In this document: positions 37,643 to 49,650 of the stretch, in pieces
Numbering within the stretch: the first letter of the stretch is position 1
How the letters are laid out: the number at the start of each line of letters is the position of its first letter
DNA from: Octopus vulgaris
Taxonomy: Eukaryota
DNA: 64,000 bases
NCBI GenBank assembly: GCA_951406725.2
Contig: OX597822.1
Span: 93,186,001-93,250,000 of the forward strand
Direction: 5' to 3'
The notes under the pieces: generated by a model
Seen by the model: the letters and a program-made list of their open reading frames with translations, nothing else
What the model was told of the DNA's origin: nothing
The model's database searches: none
Made by a program: the position numbers and the translations under genes

Positions 37643-38861
37643 CAGGGTGCATAAGGTATTTGAGAAAAACCTTTTGGGGATCATTGCTGCATTTTTTTGT
37701 TAACTCTATATAATCTTTGTTTCAGAAACTAATAATGGCAGATCCTCAGCTTACTCAAGAATTGTGGTTATAAAGGTTGAGCATAGCGATTTAGAAATAT
37801 CTCGATTTTTAAAAGTTGCCAGGTCTTTCGTCTACAAAGTTTGTAAGGGGTTAGAGACTGAAGATGGAAGCATAAAAAGCATAAAAAGCATTCTAAACGC
37901 TCTGAAATCATCAGAATACCTGAATTTATCCAGCAAGTTCAAGAGACCATTGTTTACAGTCCCAGAAAGTCCATGAGGTCAATTGCAAAAGATCTGTGTC
38001 AGAAGGAACAGTCAGAAATGTTGTTCACGAAGACACCAGATGTGTCTTGTATGATGATGAAAGGTCAATTTGTCAGAAAACGCAAAAGAAAATCACCACA
38101 TCAGATCTAAAAACTCTTAAACAAACTGAAAAATCCAGCAGAAGAAGATTTAATTTGGTTTTTCTCAAACGAGAAAAACTTCGACCGAGATCAAAAAGTT
38201 AACAGAAAAAAATGACAGATGGTATGTGCAGACCCTTCTGAAGTTCCAAGTGTTATGCATACAAAATTTCTTGCGCCTGTCATGGTTTTAGGGGTTGTCA
38301 GCAATGAAGGACATATGATGCCTCCTTACTATTCCTTAAGGCCTTAGAGTTAACTCTGTCGCCTACATTAAGGTCCTGGAAACAATTTTTAAGTCCTGGA
38401 TAGACAGTGTATGCAATGGAAGGCCATATGTATTTCACTAAGACTCTGTACTATCACACATGGCTCTAGTAACACAGGAATGGATAGCTGAAAATTTTCA
38501 TGATCACATAACCCCTAACATTCGGCCTCCTAATTCCCCAGATCTCAATCCATTTGACTATTACAAGTGGAGCGTTGTTGAGAGAAAGGCCAATGAACAC
38601 ACCCATAACACCAAAGATTCTTTGAAAGCTGCCATAGTCAGAGTAATGTCCAAAATGGACCAAGACCACTTGATTCGAGCATGTAGATGATTTAGATCTC
38701 ATATAGAAGCAGTTGTTGAAGCTGAAGGTGGCTTTATTGAATAACTTTATAGAAAAGGTTTATTTTTACCTTCATAGTATTTTTTGATAAATAAAGTTAT
38801 AGTATTTTTGATAAATAAAGTTATAAACATAAATCTATCCTCAAATATCTTATGCACACTG
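37643..38861 (+). mobile_element. Decayed DD37D (maT/mori-type) Tc1/mariner transposon
   Basis: TIRs CAGGGTGCATAAGGTATTTGAG / CTCAAATATCTTATGCACACTG with TA flanks. 37 residues separate the D of DSVLSH from the last D of PNSPDLNPFD. Confidence 0.85.
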
Positions 38862-38879
38862 TATATATATATATATATA

Positions 38880-39240
38880 CTAGCAGAGATACCCGGCGTT
38901 GCCCGCTTACATTCAATTGAAAAATTAGACTTTTCTGTTATATTTTCTCTAATGAACTGGAATATCTATGTTTCGAATTTCATCAAAATTGCAGATGAGA
39001 GTTATTTCCCTCTTTACACACCCTAAAAAAATTGTAATCGTGCCACATGTATCCCATACTACTGATTTTTATGCGCATATTCCAAAGTTCCAGTCTTTAT
39101 TGAACCTGTTAAAAAGATTTGCTTCTGAAAAATGAAGGTCATGGAGCTCTAAAATGTGAGAGATAAGGCCCCTGTTGGAGGTGGGCATCTTAATGTCAAC
39201 CAGAGAAGTTGAATTGTTGAAAATCTTTTTAACTTGGGTC
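38880..39240 (-). mobile_element. Helitron 3' terminal fragment
   Basis: Minus strand ends GGGCAACGCCGGGTATCTCTG-CTAG|T. The distal boundary is uncertain. Confidence 0.6.
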
Positions 39241-39579
39241 TTATATCTATTGTTTGAATTTATTTGAAATAGGAAATATAAATTCCCTGGGTTTGTATAA
39301 GAGAGCAAAGCTCCGAGTGGGCAAACAAAAATATGAGACACAGCCAGGTGCTTTTTTTATGTTGATAAGCCTAGTACTTATTCTATTAGTTTGTCCTTGT
39401 GAAACCAGTAAGCTATGTAGATGTAAATAAATGAACAGCAGTTGTGAAGCAGTGATGACGGCGAAACACAGACACAAAGACACACACCTACACTTACATA
39501 TATACATACATATATATACGATTGATTTGTTTCAGTTCTTGTCTACGAAATCCATATATATTGTTGTTGGCATCTTTTT

Positions 39580-40545
39580 TGTCTCGGGAGACAATGGAAT
39601 TGCGCATAAAATAATCTAGTCAGGCTTTTACATTTTATGTCCTAATACATCTCCTGCTGTGGCTGTGTAGTCCTATCCTGGACAAACACTCCCCCTGGCA
39701 GGTGCCGCAAATGTAGCGAAGACTTTGCCTGGCTGGTTGTAATGTCATACTTTCTTGTTGACGTCTTTTCTTGTCTCTCCGTTGAGTATGTCCTTGGGGA
39801 TTCTGCCATCTTCCATACGGCTAACATGTCGAAGCCATGTCATACGTCTTTGTGTGAGGAGTGCAAACATGCTTGGTATTCCTGCTTGCTTGAGAACATC
39901 TTTGTTGGGGACATGATTCTGCCATCTGATGCGAAGGATTTTCCGGAGGCAGCGCAGGTGAAAGATATTTAGGTGACGTATGGCGTCGTATGGCGTGTGT
40001 ATGGCGTCCAAGTCTCACTTCCATACAGTAGAGTGTTAAGTACACATGCCTGGTAAATCTTAATTTTTGTGGTCTTGGTCAGCTTATTGTCGTCCCATGC
40101 CCGTTTGGAGAGTTGGGCCATCACAGCAGCTGCCTTGCCAATGCGTATATTGAGCTCAGCATCAAGGGATAGGTTGTAGGCGACAGTAGAGCCAAGATAG
40201 GTAAACTTCACCACCTCCTGTAGTCTGTGGTCTCCAATATGTATGTTTGGGATGGTCGATGTAGCCTGACCCATGATGTTGGTCTTCTTGAGGCTGATAA
40301 ATAAGCCAAAGTTGCCACATGCTTGCTCAAAACAGTTGATGAGCCTTTGTAGGGCTTCTTCTGTGTGTGATACCAGAGCGGCATCATCAGCAAATAGCAT
40401 TTCCTTGATCAGGACGCTTCTGATTTTTTGGTCTTGGCACGCAGACGCGAGAGATTGAACAGTTTCCCATTACTTCTACTGTGCAGAAACACTCCATTAT
40501 CTGATGTCCCAAAGGCATGTGACAGCAGCAGTGAGAAAATGCCAA
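39580..40545 (-). mobile_element. RTE-clade LINE reverse transcriptase fragment
   Basis: LFADDAAL, GLFISLKKT, FTYLGS, RIGKA, LLYGSETW, FHLRCLRKILRIRW, RMEDGRIPK. Confidence 0.9.
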
Positions 40546-40949
40546 ATAATATAATCGACTTACCACTTCTCCGAAATCATTGGCCTTGTGCGATAATCTG
40601 AATCCAATATAATGTACGTATTGATCCACTTTCTACAAGATGGTAAAAACAATGGTAAAAGTGATTTTCAAATACATAACCATAACTAGCATTTTTTAAT
40701 TACATTTCGAAGTTTTTCTCTTTTCGGTCTCTTAGGATTATGCAATCTTTTTTTCTGTTCTTAATACGAATTTCATACTTACAAGAGGTATGACATGTTC
40801 CTCTTTAAATGCGATGATAATTTTTTTCTTTTTAATAACCAATTACTCGGAAGTTTGATTGCTTGAATAGCATTTCATTACACGTTGGCTCATTGGTGGT
40901 GGAAGAAGAGTAACCAGTGTTATCCTATTTTAGTCCCTGGAAAGGTTTT

Positions 40950-41162
40950 CTTTTTCTTGTTTCAGCCATTAAACTGCGGTCATGCTGGGGCACCACCTTC
41001 AACAATTTTAGTCGAACGAATCGACTCCACTACTTATATTTTGTGAAGTCTGGTACATGTTCTATCGGTCTGCTTTGCCAAACTGCTTTGTTACGGGGGC
41101 GTAGGCAGACCACTACCGGTTGTCAAGCAGTGGTGGGGGACAAACACATGCACGCATGCACG

Positions 41163-41193
<31 letters not shown>

Positions 41194-41195
41194 AT

Positions 41196-41253
<58 letters not shown>

Positions 41254-41402
41254 GTCGGCTTCTTTCAGTTTCTGTCTACGAAATACACTCACAAGTCTTT
41301 GGTCAGCCTGAGGCTATAGTAGAAAATACTTGCCCAGAGTACCACGCGATAGGACTGAACCCGGAACCCTGTGGCTGGGAAGCAAACTTCTTACCATACA
41401 GC
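40950..41402 (-). mobile_element. SINE family B
   Basis: Homologous to 42255-42665, with an internal (CA)n. Confidence 0.8.
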
Positions 41403-42254
41403 TTTAACATGCAGTTTAGTTGCAAGAACTGACGATAGTGAAACCTTATAATTTCCTAAACACGGGCACCTAGTTGTATCGTATCCTCTAGTGGTAATAT
41501 GAGCATTTCTGAAATAGCAGCTGAGGTACACCATTGCAACGTAGTAAACCCGACAACGAACATCAGTGAAAAGTCACAGAGACATGTTTGATATCCGATG
41601 GGTGGGTTTCTTCTGTTAGTTTAGGCCACCACATAATTTTGAACCATTCATTAACTTTTGCTTATCTAATGATGCGAGAATGCATACACAGGCTGTCGAA
41701 AGGCGATGGATGCGCCAAGAAGAAACTCAAATGACAAATGTGGATGGAAATTGCTTTATGAACATCGAATCTGTATGAGCATATGTGGTAAAATAGGTTC
41801 AAAGACCGTGAAAATGGTTTATGTATGTTCTTTACATCGTTTTCAAGTTATATAAATATAATGAAATTATGGGATTTCACTGTCATCGTTTCGGTTTATA
41901 TTACGATTTACTCGTACTTTTTTACAGCACTGAACTCTATATTAACCAAGTTTGAGTTCAGCACTGCAAAATGATATAAGATTTGTCGTAATTCTGTGCA
42001 TCCACAATTTATAGCTTCCCTTGGTATCTTGTTTATGGCCGAAAATACTGGATCATGAAAACGCCATGTTAAACGCCATGGTTTGTATTAACTATTTTGA
42101 TACCAACCCACCCAAGACTACTCCCACTTAGTTCTATGCAAAAAGTTTCTTAAACCCATCCGTCAAAATTTCGTGTTGAGTTTCAAACACAAGATTAGTA
42201 ATAACAAAGTTATTTTACTAATTTCTTCTCTATTTTTTAAAATTTAACGAAACA

Positions 42255-42425
42255 AAGCGCAGGAGTGGCTGTGTGGTAAGTAGCTTGCTATCCAACCACA
42301 TGGTTCCGGGTTCAGTCCCACTGCGTGGCATCTTGGGCAAGTGTCTTCTGCTATAGCCCCGGGCCGACCAATGCCTTGTGAGTGGATTTGGTAGACGGAA
42401 ACTGAAAGAAGCTTGTCGTATATAT

Positions 42426-42461
<36 letters not shown>

Positions 42462-42665
42462 TTGTGTGTGTGTGTCCCCCTAGCATTGCTTGACAACCGA
42501 TGCTGGTGTGTTTACGTCCCCGTCACTTAGCGGTTCGGCAAAAGGGACCGATAGAATAAGTACTGGGCTTACAAAAGAATAAGTACTGGGGTCGAGTTGC
42601 TCGATTTAAGGCGGTGCTCCAGCATGGCCGCAGTCAAATGACTGAAACAAGTAAAAGAGTAAGAG
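42255..42665 (+). mobile_element. tRNA-derived SINE family B, full copy
   Basis: GGAGTGGCTGTGTGGTAAG (A-box-like), GGGTTCAGTCCC (B-box-like), CTTGGGCAAGTGTCTTC core, internal TA/TG microsatellite, AAGAGT tail. Confidence 0.88.
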
Positions 42666-42730
42666 TAATGCCAGTGTATTTCAGCAGAAATATGGAAACG
42701 AAACGGTCAAACGTGCCAAGGTATCTTTCC

Positions 42731-42950
42731 TATTTCTTTATTACCCACAAGGGGCTAAACATAGAGGGGACAAACAAGGACAGACATAGGTATTAAGTCG
42801 ATTACATCGACCCCAGTGCGTAACTGGTACTTAATTTATCGACCCCGAAAGAATGAAAGGCAAAGTCGACCTCGGCGGAATTTGAACTCACAACGTAACG
42901 CCGACGAAATACCGCTGAGCATTTCGCCCGGCGTGCTAACGTTTCTGCCA
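42731..42950 (-). mobile_element. SINE family A with target-site duplication
   Basis: TGCCAAGGTATCTTTCC occurs at both 42714-42730 and 42946-42962. Confidence 0.88.
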
Positions 42951-43699
42951 AGGTATCTTTCCATCCCACGATAGGTCATTGCTATGAACGTGGATCTTTG
43001 TTTTTGTTTTATTTGTTTTATTTCAAAATTTTCTTATTGTCGATTCGGGGTATGGTTGGTTAGTCACACCTTCATTTAGCACTTTAATGACTCAATCAGC
43101 ATTCGCTGCCACCCATATTCAGGCACCCGGAGGAGGAATGAATCCTAACAATGCTTTGAACAAGGACGTAACGAAAAGCCATTAACAGCTTACTTTGAAA
43201 CTCACATCCATCGAACTCAAGACTTAAGTTTCTGTTTTTTTATATTTTTACTTCTCAGCTATTTATGACACTTCATTGGTTGACTAATGTGACGAAAGAC
43301 AAGTGTCAGCTGATTATCTCACTTGTCAGGGTATATCCACCCGAATTAGGCGGGGGAGAGAGAGTGGTGGGGGGTTAGATGCTGTGGTAATAGGAGCCAA
43401 CATGTCTTTACTAACATTAAGCTAATAAAAAAAAAAGTGTATACATTCATTAGCAGTGTTTTTGCTTAGCTATAAATAAGATCACTCGTTTCTGTCCACG
43501 GCTTATCCACACCAGCACTAAACTGACAACTATTCCAGGCAGCTGTTAAATATCTCCACAGCTGTCGTAGCAGCAGATACAAAACGAGAGAAGGCATCAG
43601 TGAACGCTGTTGGGGCATAATTCCTCCTCATGTTTGGATCATTTCAACACTTCACCAAAACACGATCAACTTCAACCATGATACACACGCACACACACA

Positions 43700-43744
<45 letters not shown>

Positions 43745-43810
43745 TATATACATATAAAATACATATGTATCTATTGTATATGTATATTATATATATCTTT
43801 TATATAAAAA

Positions 43811-43863
<53 letters not shown>

Positions 43864-43919
43864 TATTTTTATTATGCTCACACACACACATTATATACAT
43901 ATTATATACAGATGTATAT

Positions 43920-44255
43920 AGGTGCAGGAGTGGCTGTGTGGTAAGTAGCTTGCTAACCAACCACATGGTTCCGGGTTCAGTCCCACTGCGTGACATCTTG
44001 GGCAAACTGAAAGAAGCCTGTCGTATATATGTATGTATGTGTATGTGTTTGTGTGTCTATGTTTGTTCCCCTAGCATTGCTTGACAACCGATGCTGGTGT
44101 GTGTACGTCCCCGTCAGTTAGCGGTTCGGCAAAAGAGACCGATAGAATAAGTACTGGGCTTACAAAGAATAAGTCCCGGGGTCGATTTGCTCGACTAAAG
44201 GCGGTGCTCCAGCATGGCCGCTGTCAAATGACTGAAACAAGTAAAAGAGTAAAAT
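43920..44255 (+). mobile_element. SINE family B (internal deletion) inserted in an AT-rich minisatellite
   Basis: Homologous to 42255-42665. Flanks 43856-43920 and 44260-44322 are near-identical. Confidence 0.82.
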
Positions 44256-44540
44256 AGTATATATCACTATTTTTATTATACTCACACACACACATTATAT
44301 ACATATTAGATACAGATGTATATATTATATATGCATATTATGTATATCTTATATATAAAATATATATATATCACTACTTTTATCATACACATACGCGCGC
44401 GCGCACCCATTCACATACGCACAAATATATTCTCAGAATCACTTCCAAACATTCTCATTTTCTCTACCCCTCCCCACACACGCATGCATGAGCGCGGTCC
44501 ACAATGCTTATTTGCATAAATCAGTACACACACAACACGC

Positions 44541-44578
<38 letters not shown>

Positions 44579-44640
44579 TATGCCAGGCGAAGAGTGTTTT
44601 AAGTTGTTGCCAGAAATTTGCCGGCCTTATGGTGAGATTG

Positions 44641-44645
<5 letters not shown>

Positions 44646-44694
<49 letters not shown>

Positions 44695-45270
44695 TAATAA
44701 TAATAATAATGAAATTATTGTATACAGTGCTCAGGTGCACCAGAACTTGTCAAAAGTGCATATAAAGCATATGCAGTAATGTACAAATGTCTGGAAAGTG
44801 AACAGTGTATGAGTCAGATACATGCTTGCGTGTGTATGGAGGGGAGAAAATCAAGTGTAGTGTTGGCGAATCTCAGAAAGCATGGAAATTTTGAAGGATG
44901 CAGTGCTCCGACAACTAACAACTGATGCCGGCAGTTTGTTCCATGCTTCAGCAACTCTCAGCGTGAAAAAATGTTTCCTAAAGTCATGAGAACTGTGCTG
45001 TTTTCTGACTTTGTAAATATGTCCACGGGTGGAGTTTGAAAAGGTGTTCAAGAGTTATTGTTTGTAAGATGGTTAATAATTTTATGGGTGTATGCCAAGT
45101 TAGCTGCCAGACGTCGGAGTTTCAATGTGTCCACGCTCAGGGACGTAAGGCATTCAGAATATGCCTTACTGGCTAACAATCTTAGGAAGCATGGAAGTTT
45201 TGAAGGATGCAGTGCTCCGACAACTAACAACTGATGCCGGCAGTTTGTTCCATGCTCCAGCAGCTCTCAA
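44646..45270 (-). mobile_element. Second CR1/L2-type LINE 3' fragment with an internal duplication
   Basis: Close match to 36344-36897. 45170-45268 repeats about 44862-44960. Confidence 0.85.
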
Positions 45271-45544
45271 GTTGCCATTTTAGTTTGAAGGTCTTTTAAG
45301 TCAATCTCGGAAGGAAAATAGTAAGCAAGGAGAGATTTTAAGAGGATAATAGTTACGAGGTGAGAGGATTTGGGAAAGAGTTAAACACAAGATCTCGGTG
45401 ATGAAATACAGCAAGGTAGAAAGATGAATAAACTGGGTGCGCTCGGGTGTAGAGTATACCCACTGGCTTGGTCACAGGACCGTGGCTAGTTACAGCAACA
45501 GCAAAAGAAAAGGTGAAAAAATAACATGTCTGTTAGCTGATGGC

Positions 45545-45880
45545 TATTGTCTTCTACTATATAGCCTCAGGCCGACCAAAGCCTTTTGAGTGGATTTGGT
45601 AGACAGAAACTAAAAGAAGCCCGTCGTGTATATGTATGTGTTTGTGTGTGTATGTGTGTGTGTGTGTGTGTCTGTGTTTGCCCCCCCCACCCCCAACATC
45701 GCTTGACAACCGATGCTGGTGAGTTTACGTCCCCGTAACTTAGCGGTTCGGCAAAAGAGACCTATAGAATAAGTACTTGGCTTAAAAAAAGAATAAGTCC
45801 TGGGGTCGATTTGCTCGACTAAAGGCGGTGCTCCAGCATGGCCACAGTCAAATGACTGAAACAAGCAAAAGAGAATAAAA
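45545..45880 (+). mobile_element. SINE family B, 5'-truncated
   Basis: Homologous to 42255-42665. Confidence 0.8.
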
Positions 45881-45917
45881 GAACGGGATAAATTCTTTCG
45901 AATGTGGTTTCAGACGT

Positions 45918-46555
45918 GTATGCATGTATGCATGCATACATGTATGTATGTATGTATGTATGTATGTATGTATGTATGTATGTATGTATGTATGTATGTA
46001 TGAATGTATGTATGTATGTATGTATGTATGTATGTATGTATGTATGTATGTATGTATGAATGTATGTATGTATGTATGTATGTATGTATGTATGTCTGTA
46101 TGTATGCATGCATGTATGTACGTACGTATGTATGTATGTATGTATGTATGTATGTATGTATGTATGTATGTATGAATGAATGTATGTATGTATGTATGTA
46201 TGTATGCATGCATGCATGTATGTATGTATGTATGTATGTATGTATGTATGTATGTATGAATGAATGTATGTATGTATGTATGTATGTATGTATGTATGCA
46301 TGCATGTATGTATGTACGTACGTACGTATGTATGTATGTATGTATGTATGTATGCATGTATGCATGAATGAATGTATGTATGCATGTATGTATGTATGTA
46401 TGTATGTATGTATGTATGTATGTATGTATGTATGTATGTATGTGTGCATGCATGTATGTATGTATGTATGTATGTATGCATGTATGTATGCATGTATGTA
46501 TGTATGTATGTATGTATGTATGTATGTATGTGTGTACGTACGTACGTATGTATGT
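45918..46555. repeat. Long (ATGT)n microsatellite
   Basis: Direct reading. Similar arrays at 52442-52535, 56557-57050, 57510-57897 and 59742-59876. Confidence 0.95.
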
Positions 46556-47073
46556 TTTTCTATGAGTTTTATCTAAGTTCTTGAGAGAATTTAAACCGGT
46601 CGCTAACAAAGCAACAATACTTTTTAAGTTAAGAAAGTTCCTGGTGTTTGTAAGCATGTGGTTGAGTCGGGGTGTTGGTTGAACTGTCGATGCATACACC
46701 CAAGTGTGTGCACCTATTCACATAAGAATCTCGCATGAATAATTTTTGGAATGTCTTACAAATTTTTACTGTGCCACTGATAGATTAGATCTGGAGAATT
46801 CGCGCCAGTTCCTTTTGCTCTTTTCCCGTGAAACCGAGTATTTCTAGCTTTTTATGCAAACTTGTTGGTATAAAACTTAATGCAGCTATGAGGGTAGGTA
46901 CAAATGAGAATTCAAAATCAGAGAACAAGGGAATGCATGCATGTATGTATGTATGTATGTATGTATGTATGTATGTATGTATGTATGTATGTATGTATGT
47001 ATGTATGTCGCGTGTGTACCGTTGGCGATTTTTTTCCTCTGTCTTCCCTTCTCTGGATCTTACCTACTTCTAT

Positions 47074-47108
47074 GTTTCCGACGGAGAGCTCCGCTCGAAA
47101 CGTTAAAC
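47074..47108 (+). ncRNA. Variant/degenerate minimal hammerhead motif
   Basis: GTTT-CCGACGG-AGAGCTCCGCTC-GAAAC-GTT-AAAC. Stem I GTTT/AAAC, stem II GAGC/GCTC, palindromic ACGT stem III. The core deviates from CUGANGA at two positions. Confidence 0.5.
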
Positions 47109-47269
47109 CCTCCTTCTTTCCTTCTTTCCTTCTTTCCTGAGCGTCCAATAATACTATATTTGTTCCACGTCCTCGCGTTGTTGTGTTTTTTTGTGCTTTC
47201 TTGTTTGGATTAACTATGTATGTATGTATGTATGTATGTATGTATGTATGTATGTATGTATGTATGTTT

Positions 47270-47785
47270 TTCTCTTTAACTTTTTAAGTAAGAGTAAATT
47301 TTGACTGGCCACCTACTTGATAGCAAGGTTTAGAAGGAAAGTATGTTCTTTTAACCATCACTTTTTAAATCTTAAGAAGATCTTTAGATTTTTATAGTCC
47401 CAGATATCGCGATCATTTGTAGCATAAAAATTAAGGATTTGCATTCTCTCCCCAAGTTCCTAACTTCAGCCATACTCTGCTCCTGACAGGTTGGCATGTA
47501 TCCTGTTGCTCTAATAATATGTATGAAACTGAAAGAATATCTTTGGTACTGGATTTGCGAAATCCAAATAATGGTCCCTAGATGTCCTCTTTTTCTTGTA
47601 CCTTTCTAAACACATTGGAGCCCAGAGAGCAACTGATTTCCACAAAGGAAAATATCTTTTCCTTCAACAATATCTGGTCAGTTGTGTTTTAACTTAGTGG
47701 TTATTTTAATTTTTAAGACCCACTAATATTCTTTTGACCCATTGGTCTCAATATGGTCAATTTCATTTGTAGGTATTTTCGTATG
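47270..47785 (-). mobile_element. Possible decayed LINE APE endonuclease fragment
   Basis: Minus strand reads MQILNFYATND, resembling the APE N-x-Y-A-P-N motif. Otherwise disrupted. Confidence 0.3.
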
Positions 47786-47864
47786 CATGTATGTACGTAT
47801 GTATGTATGTATGTATGTATGTATGTATGTATGTATGTATGTATGTATGTATGTATGTGTGTAT

Positions 47865-48290
47865 ACTCTTTACTGTTTTACTTGTTTCAGTCATTTGACT
47901 GAGCATCGCCTTTAGTCGAACAAATCGACCCCAGGACTTATTCTTAGTAAGCCTGGTACTTATTCTATCGGTCTCTTTCTGCCGAACCACTAAGTTACGG
48001 GGACGTAAACACACCAGCATCGGTTGTCAAGCGATGTTGGGGGGCACAGACACAGACACACAAACATATACACACACATACACACGCACACACACACACA
48101 CGCGCGCGCACACGCACAAACACACACACAAACACAAACACATACATATATACGACGGGATACGTTCAGTTTCCGTCTACCAAATCCACTCACAAGTCTT
48201 TGGTCGGCCCGAGGCTATTGTAGAAGACACTTGCCCAAGGTGCCATGCAGTGGGACTGAACCCGGAACCATGTGGTTGGTAAGCAAGCTA
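47865..48290 (-). mobile_element. SINE family B
   Basis: Homologous to 42255-42665. Confidence 0.85.
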
Positions 48291-48291
48291 C

Positions 48292-49640
48292 TTTACTTCA
48301 TTTTATTTGCCATAAAGGCAGTACACAGAGTAGCTGCGGGCTGGACAAACACATTAATGAATGAAAATAAAATAAAATGAATAAATGAGAGACGAAACCC
48401 AACACCCACCGATTGGATTTTTCTCGAAAACATATTTTCTTTTTTTTTTTTAATCAATATGAGGTTTCAAACCTCTTACAAAAAAGAGGCATTTAAACCT
48501 TTTACTTAACATGTTTTTTTTTAAAAAACCCCACACAATTGAGGTTATAAACCACTACAAATAATGCAATAAGATGAAGTTTCAAACCCTCTAACGAGGC
48601 TTTTTCACCTCTTACTCATCGATATATCCATCATTATCTTCAATGCTGCTTGAGTTTCTGTACCCTGCCATTTCCCATGCCTCATTCATGTACGAGGCAT
48701 ATGTCGTGTAAGGGCCACCCGGCCATATGCGACATTCCTCTTTAAATCTTTAAAGCGTTTCCCACACGGAAAACCTTATGAGCTCCGCAGCTATCTGCGG
48801 AAGCCATTTGGGATCTCGTGTGAAGGCCATATCTACTGTTTCTTTATGTTCTTCTACTATTTTCCCACCTCCCCGCCCTTGTAGAAAAAGATAATTAATT
48901 CATCACCTTTAAGGGTGGGGATAGTTTCTTCCACTGTGGGTGGCACAACATCAGGAGATGTAGACGGCACATCATCGTCCACCTGCAATCACCCATTCTT
49001 CTTTCTTTTTTCTTTTCTTCCTGACTTCGGGAGAGTGGAGCTCTTCCGCTTTGTACGGAGTCTCTCCCCTGCCTCCTGAAGCCTTAGGGTCTTTCGGGAG
49101 GCAACCATTGTTGCCCGCCTTCTTCCTTTTTAATCCTTTTTGGGTTGAGGAGGCTTAGCCTCCTCAACCACATCCATCTCTCCCTTTGGCCGGGTAGGGG
49201 AGGTGACAGCCAGTGACTGTTCCAGGACCTTACCATGGTCCTGGGGGCAGTTTTTTTTAATGTGGCCTGGCTGCAGGCACGAGTGACACTTGGGGGGATG
49301 TCCCTCAAGTATCACCGGATACCTGCAACCAGCTATTTTTTAAAAATCTGAAAAAAAACAGATCTGTTGTGGCCGATGGGATCCACAAGGTCAAAATCGC
49401 TTTTGAACCTTACATTTAAGAGCCTGGGCCCGCCATACCCCGTCCTCGTCTGATGGTATATTCAATCCAACCCGCCTCGGTGCCTGGGGTTAACCCACAT
49501 ACCTAGGCTCTTATTAATTTCCTCCCGCAGTACGACGGGAGGAACAGAATTTCGTTGCCCTCCAAGGGCTGGCTCGCGAAATTGCGAGCCTCCTCCGGAG
49601 TGTCTAACAGCAACCATACGGTTGCATGCTTGACTAAGCT
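48292..49640 (-). mobile_element. LINE ORF1/gag-like fragment with CCHC zinc knuckle
   Basis: GHPPKCHSCLQPGHIKKNCP (CX2CX4HX4C) in ORF 49130-49315. Boundaries approximate. Confidence 0.65.
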
Positions 49641-49650
49641 AAGTTCTGAT

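Noticed and set aside
45819-46699. Long HTYI/MYVC ORFs here and at 52398-59940
   Set aside because: Microsatellite artefacts.
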